From Phoronis australis (lineage: Eukaryota; Animalia; Phoronida), in the NCBI GenBank assembly GCA_002633005.1, contig NMRA01000002.1, positions 1,137,278-1,201,277 of the forward strand: DNA of 64,000 nucleotides, given 5' to 3'. The position numbers and the translations under genes are program-made. How positions within the stretch are numbered: position 1 is the first letter of the stretch; the number at the start of each line of letters is the position of its first letter. Positions 49,601-61,300 of this stretch are shown in pieces. The notes beneath the pieces are model-generated. The model made no database searches. It worked only from the letters and a program-made list of their open reading frames with translations, and was not told where the DNA came from.

Positions 49601-52600
49601 GGTTAAGGGATATAGCTGTGGACACAAAAAATGACAACTATGAGCCACCACGGTAGTCAGACCCATGCAAAAATCAAAGTCAGTCACGGCCTTGTGAGTA
49701 GGAAAACATCCATGATATTCTTAAACATCCTTTGAGCACTTTGGTCGACAGATAATAAATATGGATGCTCGGGTGCTCGGTAGCATAGAATACGACGGAT
49801 CTATTTGAAAATAGAGAGGTATTGCCGTCCCCTTGATAGAAGCCCACTTGACAAGGAAGTGAAGATACAAGGGTAAACATGAAAAAAAATAAAATTGCTA
49901 ATAGGGGGCACAGTGGTGTTCAGATCCACCAGAAATTCATCATTACTTGTCACACAAATAGAGAAACACAAGCAAAAATTCATTAAGACCCTGCAAGGGA
50001 TTAACGAGAAACGGCTGCAGATGCAGACCGTTCGAAAATCAACACTAGCCGTAGTCTTCTGAGCAGGAATGTATCTGATCCTTGGAGTGGTTTGGATTTA
50101 TAAATAATGAAAATGGCAACTACGTGATGCATAATACGACAAATCCTTCGGAACATGGAAATATAACACCGGCTCCTATATGTAAAATTCCATGAAATCT
50201 ACCCAAGAACACTGAACATACAGTGGTAAACATAAAAAATTAAATTGCCCCTAGGGGATACAAGTCGTCGGATCCTTCTGAAAATCACTGTCGATCATTG
50301 TCACATGTATAGGAAAACATCAGCCAATTCCACAAAGGTTCCAAAAGAGGTTAAGGAGATACAGCGACGGATGCAAAAAAAAAACAAGAGCAACGCGGAG
50401 CGTTGAAATGCGCCCACAATTGCACCGCATACGGTATCCTTCTAGGGTTGTTTATTGGTACCATAAAGTGGCCAGTAGAGGGCATACTTTGCAAAATGGA
50501 AAGGCATGGTCCTTGTCTCCTCAATAGGCTAGGGGCAAAATGTGAGTAATCTTCATAATACAAGCACATCCTATACACCAGTTGCTTAAAGCACCACAGA
50601 AACATAGAATTAAAAACAAATTTACCAACATACGAGATTAGCACAGCATTAGAATGCCAGAAACAAATTTCTACTTGGAACTTTTCCTTCANNNNNNNNN
50701 NNNNNNNNNNNNNNNNNNNNNNNNNNNNNNNNNNNNNNNNNNNNNNNNNNNNNNNNNNNNNNNNNNNNNNNNNNNNNNNNNNNNNNNNNNNNNNNNNNNN
50801 NNNNNTCCTCTACATAGTAAGCATATACATGCCAATTTTCACAATCATCCTTTGAGCGGTTTGGTTGATAGAGGGGTGGACGCACAAAAACAGACTCGAA
50901 AACACTAAAAATGGCCACTAGGTGGCGCAAACTATGTCGAATCCATCTGAAAACGGGAGGATAGCGTCATCTCACTAATAAGTGCCTACATACCAAATTT
51001 CATGAAAATCCAATAAGGACTTGTGAAGATACAAAGGTAAGCGTAAAAAAATTAAAATTGCCACTAGGGGGCACACCGGTATTCGGATCCGTCCAAAAGT
51101 CGTCATCTTCCGTTGTTAACATCATATAAATATACTTACACAATTTCGTAAAGATCCTGCAAACGGTTTAGGAGATACAGCCATAGGCGCAAAAAAAACA
51201 AAACTGCCACTAGGAGGCGCCACAGTAGTCGAAATCGTCGGAAAATCATCGTCAACCGTCCTCTACATAGTAAGCACATACATGCCAATTTTCACAATCA
51301 TCCTTTGAGCGGTTTGGTTGATAGAGGGGTGGAAGCACAAAAGCAGACTCGAAAACAGTAAAAATGGCCACTAGGTGGCGCAAACTATGTTGAATCCATC
51401 CGAAAACGGCAGGATAGCGTCATCTCACTACTAGGTGCCTACATACCAAATTTCATGAAAATCCGTTCAAGACTTTTGAAGATACAAAGGTAAGCGTAAA
51501 AAACTAAAATTGCCACTAGGGGGCACACCGGTAGTCGGATCCGTCCGAAAGTTCGCACATGCCGTCCCATTCATGAATGGAACATATGTGCCAAATTTCA
51601 TGAACGTATGTCAAAGGGTTTTGGAGATAGAGCCGCGGACGCCGGACGCCAGACGCCGGACGCCGGACGGCTGGACGGACGGACGGACGGACGGACGGAC
51701 GGACGGACAGAGATGACGGCATAATGCGTCCACATATAAATATGTGGGCGCATAATGAGATGGCCCACGGTAGCTGGACTCATTCGAAAATCAACATCAG
51801 ACATAGACTTCTACGCAGAAACAGATACGGTACGTCAATTTTCACAACAATCATTCAAGCAGTTTGTTAGCTACATAGGCAGACTCCAAACACAGATTTG
51901 AAAACAATAAAAATTGCCACTAGGTGGTGCTGAATCAATCAAATCTGTGCAAAATGGGAAGGAAAACTTTTTGCCAATTTTCATGAAATGCCATCAAAAA
52001 ACTCCAAGTAAACAAAACTGCCATTAGGAGGAAAAGCGGTAGCTAGATCAGTCTGAAACTCGTCATTAGCTCCATAGGAACACATTTGCCAAATCTCATT
52101 AAGATCGGGCAAGTGGTTTAGGAGATACAGCTGCAGACAACAGACACCTGGACAGAGATGACGGTAATACGCACCAAAATATCTATCCGTGGGTGCACAA
52201 TAACAGTGCTTTGCTAATCCGCCACACAATTCTTCCGACTGCAAAGCTGGGCTACTGTTAGGGAAGGAACAAAATGAAACGGTAGCAAATGATTCGACTT
52301 GGAACTTACGACAACATTTTACTTGGACTAGACTTAAACCAGTGCATAAGTTAGAAGAGCACATCCTCACCTTACTGTTAGCGGTGACAGTTTCACTGTG
52401 TAATGCGTTCGGCAAATATGCACCGAATGAACTGTTCAAGGAACCTGTCATGTCTCGAGGACCACTCATCTCATCTGAAATAGACAAGGCAACAGGAGAG
52501 CATGTTAGGCAAGTCCGCACGCTAACACAAGTCAGTCGAGGACAGATTCGATGAACAGCAACCAGGGGACTGTTTCATGAAAAGAGAATTAAGACAGAAA

Positions 52601-55352
52601 TTTGGTCTTACACTGCACGCAACTTTTTCTGAAAAATAATTAAATCTCATTTGAGCATCATACATAACCGCGAGGTACTGAGATAATTCCAATAAAATAT
52701 TTCCGCAACTGTGATGCTCTCATAATTACCTGGCTAAACCTTTATTCACCAATTGGGCAGTGGGAGAGCAAGACCAAATTCCTGTCTTAAGTCTTGAGTA
52801 ACTTCCATGAAATCGAATCCAGGGCTCAGTATTTTAATTGATGCGATCAATTTTTATGATCACAACACAAACTACCAGAATCAACGACTACAACAAACTA
52901 TTTGAATCTGAAAAGTGAAACAGTCAACACGAGTTACTTACGTTCCACGTGAGCAAAGGCACAAAACGCTCCTCTAGGACAGTAGCCTGTCTGCACCATG
53001 TCGTTACATTTTGTCGACTTGTAAATCTGTAATGAGAAGTTAGACTGTCAACTCCATTAGTAAACTTGTAAATCTGTAGTGAGAAGTTAGACTGTCAACT
53101 CCATTAGTAAACTTGTAAATCTGTAGTGAGAAGTTAGACTGTCAACTCCATTAGTAAACTTTCACAAAGAACAGCAAAAACACCCATGGCCTATAATTGA
53201 ACAAGACAAAAATATTGTGCACAGATCTGCCTAAGCCAGCCAGTTTTCCCTTGAAAATTGACCACAGATTTCTGTTGTCGTGCCAGTCATTAACGTGTTA
53301 CTCAACACCATCTCCGAGAATGAAATGAGACTTGGGATCAACAATAAAGACCATACTGAAGAGCTGCTGCAGTACTCTAATTACTCACTGGCTTGTTATT
53401 GGCAATCTCGCATGACGTACCACTGCAAACAATGAAATGCGCGCCCTTTGTTTTTTCCATCGGGTAAACATATTCTGTTGTCTATGATCCCATTTTTGCG
53501 TTATTTTAGAACATTTTCTCAATGGTGAGGCACTGCGTTTGTGGTGGATGTGACAACACCACTTACAATCATCTTTCGGCACTTTTCGTCTTCCATACCA
53601 GGAGGTCCTTCCCAGGAAATAGCACGAATTTGACAAATTTGTGAGTGATACAAGTCCGTCAAAGACTCACCATGCAGTGCAGATTCCTTGATTTACAACT
53701 ATCACTTCATCCAAGTCTTGCTTAGACGAGAACTTTGCAGTAAATGCCAAGATCATCCGACCACAGAATCGAACCAGCAAGCATCTTAATCATTCTACTA
53801 ATAGGCAAATGCCTGATAACTAGTAGCTAAAAGAAGCTCATCACCGAAAAAAACTTCGAGTAGGCCGTTGCATCACGCACAGATCTAAATTATTCATGAA
53901 TATTAATTAGAAAGCACAAATTCTATTTTTTTGTTACAGGATCTCATCGGTACATCACCATGTTGAAAATATGCAAACGGTGTTAAAATCACCATTTACC
54001 TAATTTTGACGAGTGATTACATTGCCAATATCATTAAACCTTAATTCAAAGCACTGTATATCACAATCATGAATTCAATATCCTAAACACGAGAAAATCA
54101 AAAAAGCGACTCCACACATAAGTGTGACGTATGAACGTACCCAGCACCAGTGTGTCACATCCAACAACACCCAAATTCCCTGTACAAACTTGTGCCATAT
54201 CCATGCTTCTCAGGTGTCCCGCAGGAAAGTGGAAAGACCCACAGCGTGGGTCAAATTCTAACTGTCACAACCACAACAAACGCAACGCCTTGTCATTCCT
54301 TACTATACCATAAAATAAGGAAAACGAGCAGAAATATCTGGTGACTATTCACACTAAACACAATGTAGGTGGTGTGATTGGTTTTCCCCTAATTTTATTT
54401 AGTATGTTTCGACCTATAAATGTTCTTAATTCAAAATCAACTAATTAACATATCGTCAGATAGTGTTTGCAGGTGTTCAAATTTGACAACTGATCAACTG
54501 GTGGGGTGTTTTGGGGGGTTTTGGTATGAAATTGGCGATTTTAGGCACTTTTAAACTTCCACAACAATTTACAGCATGACTGAAACATGAAGGCTTTCTT
54601 CACAAAATGCTCTTTTAGCAATACTTAAACTAATATCTAGTCTGGCTTGCAATGAGGACAACATTTTGAAAGAAGTCAGAACTCCTGACAGTTATTTGTT
54701 CACAACAGTTCGTGGCCCGTCAGATAAGTCATGACTTGTTTTACTCAAATAAAATTGCTTGGACTGGTAAGGTTTGACAAAGAGTTTAGCTATCAAATGT
54801 ATACATGCAAATAATTTTTTTTTTAAAATGTTTCCCATCGTTAAGTGTCACTCACCTCCGGGTGAAACTGCTGCTCTGTCCTGGTGTGGCAGTAAGAACA
54901 GGCGTCACCAGAGTCACATGTGACAGGGTCACCCCACTCATCGCCATGTTTCACATTTGGGCAAGGTGTGGATCTGTAATGCAAATTATATACAATAGAG
55001 GGCACAACTGCATGGTACGAACACATATACATTGGCTAACCAGTATTTCTTCATTAAATGTCGAGGTGTGGATCTATAAAACAGTAATACACAACAGAGG
55101 GCTTACCTGCATAGTATGCACGCATAAATGGTAAAGTTTAGTCAAATTTCAACAAATGCACAGCAAAAATCAGACGTGTCCGAAAATTCATTCATACCCC
55201 CCAAGATAAGCGTATGTCTGCAAAATTTTTATGAAAATCCATCCAGGGGTTCTGGAGAGACAGCAGCAGACAGTGCAATGGTGCATGCCACATGGACACC
55301 TGACAGCGATGGAGATAACGACATAATGCGTCAAACACGCACACGCACACGC

Positions 55353-55389
<37 letters not shown>

Positions 55390-58300
55390 GGTGCAGGAAA
55401 ATCATCCATTATGCTCTAGAAAGTCAAAACTTCTGCTTCTAACATTTGAAATTTCAAGCGTAACTAAAATGCTGAAAGCTTTTCGCAGGTAAAAACTTGT
55501 ATATACCACGATAAGGTCATGGCCGTATAGTACAGGTCATTTGACTTGCCATGCAAATGTCATCAAAGTAGTTTTAGATGCAAACAACTTAAATCTAAGT
55601 GCAAATTCCCTCCATTTGTTCACACTATTCAAACTTTTGCAATGCGAGTGATTAAAAAAAATTCAACTCAAAAACTTCTATGAGGCAGTGTGTGCCCTGG
55701 CCAAATGAAGTCTTGATTCACAACACTGATGCAGTGAAAGATTCACAAGTAAAAAACTTGTGTCTAATCTTGGTTATGTATTCAATAAACTCTGCATGAA
55801 ATAAAAAGCATCAAAATGGGACTTTGAGTGGAATTCCATTAGTGCCTTGGCACCGATTATGAAAAATAGGTCAAATTGTCACATGTGGAGCACATGTTAT
55901 TTCAGGTTGAGATGAAAACAAGGTCAGGATTTGGCTCTTAAAACTACACGAAAAGAATGGTTCTTTTGAATAAATTTGTTGCATAGTATCTCAACCTCTG
56001 CTAGACTTTAGACCTGGTAAGTGTTAATTTCAGGCAAGTCGGCCATACCTAAATGCACTGCAGAAGACGCTTGCAAGACGATGTACTCGGTGACCAGCGC
56101 TCTAGTCAACTCCGAATCGCAGTCAAAAATATGAGTGGAAAAAGTATACATATGAGTAGAAAATTGGCCTCACTTATACGGACGCCAACACTTGAACTTT
56201 TGAGCTGGCATTTTCACCTGTGCCGAGCACTGCATATTTTTATGGAATACTTTTAGTCAGACAATATTTTATAATCTCAGACATTGTGGAACATTTTGGT
56301 CATGACTGATTGGCAAAAACAGATGCTAACAGCAGCTTTTATAGATTCATAAACCCTAAATCAACATAACAAGCTCAAAAACACATTTGTTAGAACAGGT
56401 GGTTATTGCAGGGTGTTGACATCCAAGTCATTTTCTAGGGTCGCACAATTCTCTTGCCAAGATGACAATGGCGAATTCTGGATGGAACTGGGGATGGCAA
56501 AACAAAGCCAATTCGCCCACTTGTGGAATTCTTCACAACTTGTCAAAAAAAAATTAAGAAATGCACTCATTTGTTGACTCCTGAGTCAATGCAAAACAGA
56601 GCGACATCGACATAGTTTTTGTGTCCTTAACTTAAAAATGGTGTCCATCAGCCGCTGACCGTACTATACCGGAAGTGTGATTTCGTAACTGGACGACATG
56701 TTTAATTGTGCTGTGTGAAGTGGGTCAGTGCTCGTAACACAGCAAATTTCCACTTCACAGCAATTTCTGGTGTTCGTAGTTCCTATCATCTGCTAATGCC
56801 ATGAGAACATCAAAATGACGGATTGCAGACTAGTTTCAAGTGGCTGCCGCAAGAAACAGAGACTAGCGAAAACTTGCTATAGTGAAATATAATCATAAAT
56901 TTGACCAAGTACATGCATAGCTTAGCATAATATCGCAAGACAAAAGCTGGAACATGACTGGCACCTAGACCTAGCACAGTGCTCTGCAAAAGTAAGGCTG
57001 TTGCTATGCGCACCTGTTATCATTGCCAAGTGCTTGCAATACAGAATCCAAAACTTGTCTTATTTCAGCACGTTTTATATTACAATGACTATTCATTACA
57101 ATGTTGCATTTTGTGGTCACCCAATGCAAACCACAGCTGATCAACACCACGTTATTATGTATCAAGTAGTAGGCTAATTTACAGCCAAGCTCCAATGGGA
57201 GAAATTAGGAAAATCCAGGCATGGTTCCTTTGCTCATTTATCTCATGCAATTACACAATTATATTTATAACAAATTTAGCAGCAACTTGTTCTTTAAAAA
57301 TTGAAAACTGGTAAGACTAAGAACAGGTAAGTCATCAGTGCTATTGACAAGTCAATTAACTGGCCTTTCTAGGCATAGCCACATTAAGGCCAAGTAAACG
57401 CCGCCGCAGGCACACCATTTTTCGGCATAACACCAATACATTTGGTTGTGGCATCTGAGATCTACCCGTAGTACATTCAGGTGAGCGTTGTATGCACTGA
57501 AAATAGCTTTTGTTTGCCATACGGAGGCTGGTCTGATTTTTGTACTCTAATACTATGGGCATATATCAGACTTACTGCACGCACCTACTTGTAAAAGGCA
57601 TCTGCATGTTAAAACAAATACAGGGTTTCATCACTGCAACAGTGAATTTCATCAAGCATGGGGTACTGGCAAACACCAAAGTGGGGCTAATATTTTTTTA
57701 AATGACTTAAAGACTTCATATATTTCAGGCAATTTGGCCAATAAAAACATTTAAAAGTCTAGCACGACCTTAGACTTGGCAGACCTTCACTTGGATTTTG
57801 CAGACCTTCACTTGGATTAAGCACTTTAAGTTGCCATTAGTTAATTGATATGATGTCATCAAATCTCATGGAGACATTAACAGATTAGTTACTACACGAT
57901 CACACTCAAAACAAACTTCCTGTCTCTTCACTACTATCAAAGACCTGTATCAAAGGCAAGGAGTAATCCATCATGAAATACTCATAATTTTAATCTGGCT
58001 CTTACACCACAAAAACAACACATAACCAGTGGATGAGCAAAAAACTAGGTCAGACCATGACATACTAGGCTGATCAGGCATCAACAGATGGTCATGTTCA
58101 CAAATAAGTGGTGGCTGTTTGGACAAAAATGTTGCACAGGCAATGAGCCACAGTTACCTAAACTGTTTATACAAACTAACCCCTCTATGCCAGTATTGCA
58201 CTAATTAACAAGTTCAGAGGTCACTGTCATATAACAACCACAAGACCAGAAGTCACAAGTCATATAACCCCAAGACCAGAACTCTATGTCATACAGCCAC

Positions 58301-61300
58301 AAGACCAAAAGTCACAAGTCATACAAGAGCCAGCTAGCACTTGTCCCAATTTAAACACAAACCTGGATTTCGGGGAAAATGAAACTTTGTGCCCATACTT
58401 CAAATCTAAAAAATATAACTTACAGTACCGGTTTGTTTCTTCTGATTACCCAAACCCAGCCTTGCAGTACAGATACCTTGCAGCACAGATACCTTGCAAT
58501 GCTTCCTTCAGGGAAACAATACGCAAAAGCAGGTGTTCTCTCAATTATTTATAATATGAAAACTTTAGAAGTGAGAGTGGTACTCAAATCTGTATCACAA
58601 AAGTAGGTCACAAACAATAGAGGCCAAGACTAATGACTGTTTGTCTACTGGTTACAAGGCCCTTTCTCATGTACAGTTAACTCTGCTGCCGAAGCTTCAA
58701 TGTTAACTGTGAAATTACGGTAAGCGTTAATGTTCCTATCAGTATCCAGAGTTAAACTCAGAGAAGTTATAGCACGACAACACTAACATGACTTTTGATC
58801 ATATGCCTTGCGGTATTTGCCTTGTCATCAAAAATGGCAAGGACCTCTCCCTCTCCCCAAATGGAAACTAGAACGTCAACTTAACAAGGCAGCCATCAGT
58901 TGCCACGTTGGCACGATAACCGTGTACTAGAAAATGACATGATCCAAAGAAAGACACGATGACGTAAGGCCAGAACTTATTTTGCGTACAATATATTTTA
59001 GTGATTTTTAAACCAGCAAATACATGGATAAATTGAAACAAAATGCTTATGCTTACTCAATTGAAGCCAGTAGGAAAGGCCTTAAAGTGGGAAATATTTC
59101 AGGACCACATTAGTTCAGGTACTACCTACCACAAAGTCCCGTCCACACACAGACTTGCCCTAGAACAACTTGCACAAGTGTAACTTGATTCACTTTTAAG
59201 TGGAGCGTTAACACAAATATATATCCGATAACTAGCCTAAGGTGGATATTGTTGCTCTGCGCCAGATTTGTAGCCACACATCGCTTAGAATTGGTGTAAG
59301 TTACTTTAGAGCAAGTAGCCTACCTCGATAAGGTGGAGTAAGATGTCACAAATGGGGTAAGTTATACTAGTTAAATAGCACCCAAATTGCTCAACATCGG
59401 AACATCATATCTCCGAAATTCCAGACTGGATTCATATGAAACTTTCATACACTTTGTTCCATGCACTATTATCTACCGCGCCATTAGGAGTTGTTTTTGC
59501 AATTTCCACTTCTGTACGATGGGCTCTTAAAATAGAACTTTTATAACTTTCATGAAAGAAACTCTAAAGTTGCATTTATAAAACGAAATGACATTTTTTT
59601 GTAACAGCGTTTCTGAGAACTCGTCTTGAACATTCAAATCAAAGAAAATTTGATCATGATACTGATACCGTTGCCTTAAAATTAATGTACCGTTCTTATT
59701 TCCCAAATTTTACTAAAAAGACATGGTTACGTGGCTTTACTTTTACCAAGACGAAACCAATAGATATTTAACTAAATGCCCAGACCTATCAATATGGCCC
59801 TACATAACCCAAACAGGTGGTTGTCTCTCCTTTACAATACCCAAGAACTTCCTTAGGGCTATCTCTAACAGTTCTTGTCTTCTGCGGGGAATAAAATAAT
59901 GAGTGGTAAAACTGCAATTTCCATTGATCAAAGGTTTACCTTACACAAATATTCCAAAGGTTACATGTTGTTTGGGAGCAACAAAAGAGCACAGATCAGC
60001 TTGGCAATGAGGCAAGTTTATCTTTTCAAGAAATTTTATAAAAGTGCCTCTTTACCGTGGCAGCATGACCAAACTTGAAGTAAGTTTATCCTGCAGGTTA
60101 ATAAAGCTACGACGTACCCCGCAGCTGTGCAGGTGTGAAGACGAATCAATATACATGAGCCAACAGCACAAGTGTGAAAGCTTGACAAGTCAATTATCAC
60201 TCTATTTCCTACACAGACTCACATCAGGGAACACGTAGTTCTTATAAATAAGGCAAAGAAATGTGCACACATGAACAATATACGTGGTAATAAATATGCA
60301 GCTAGACACTACAATAGACCATATCTCACCATTTCATAAAATTTTCTAATTAAATCTGGCATTACCTGCCAGTGGAGAATGGGCCAAGTGTGACCACAGT
60401 CATACTACATACCTACACACTCACATTCAGTCAATCAAAGTAAGAAAGACCGTTTAGATTCAGGCCCAATACCAAGAAACAGCCAAATCCACAATAGTTA
60501 CCAGCAACTAGAAACAGTCTAATGACTCACATTAGCATAACCAACCAAAAGTAGGTCTCCAACAAAAACTTGCTGTTTACCTACTTCAACTGAAGCCAGT
60601 TTCAGATGAGCAACATCTTCCACCAAAAAGTTATGTGGCATATCACACAATCGTTGCCAATGTCTAATTGGCCAGCATCAGAAAAGCAATAAACTTAGAC
60701 TGAATTTGTGCCAAATTCATTTGTTAGCAGGTCAAAACAATCTGAACTAGGCATGACAACACTGAGTTTACATCGATTTCACTGGTACTGCTGAAGGCTG
60801 GCATTAAATATATCCCATTTCATCAATAATGAACCAAAAACTGGCAGACTAATATACCTTACCACAAAATTCTGGATATATTGAAGATTGCAACCTCGAG
60901 ACCTATTACTTTTGGTTGGAATCGCATGCAAAATGTCGCTATGACGTTTTTTTTTTATATACAGAGACAAAGCCACAGTGTCCTTAGGCAAGGCTTTCTA
61001 AAACTTAGTACATGAATAGATCTCTAAACGGTTATCTGGTCAACGCCATCCGTTTTCCACTGAATCTAACTGCTCACCACTTACTGAAGATTTTCTGATG
61101 ACTGCCCTTTTATTGACCAATTATGGCTGAGCTTTTTGTGGTTAACCATCTACTGTAGGGGACTATTTCTTTATCCTATTTGTCATAACCATTCATTATC
61201 ATCACATAGTCATCACAGACACTGCTGCCACCAACATCAACGTGCTTCATTCAATGTCAAGTTTATCACAACCTGTTGTTTGGGTAGTTTTGTTGAATTG

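Larger units (their letters stand above)
49440..52203 (+). mobile_element. Older HINE/pearl-like element hosting a nested younger copy
   Basis: Diverged monomers at 49440-50380 resume at 51756 and end with 'gacagagatgacggtaatacgcacc...gtgggtgcacaataa'. Confidence 0.6.

Noticed and set aside
53700-53830. tRNA-like 'gaatcgaacc' box (related sequence at ~33150-33360)
   Set aside because: No cloverleaf; at best a degenerate SINE head, not a tRNA gene.
51510-55409. Low-complexity ORFs (SVRPSVRP, VCVCVC, THTH)
   Set aside because: They are translations of (GGAC)n and (CA)n microsatellites within repeats.
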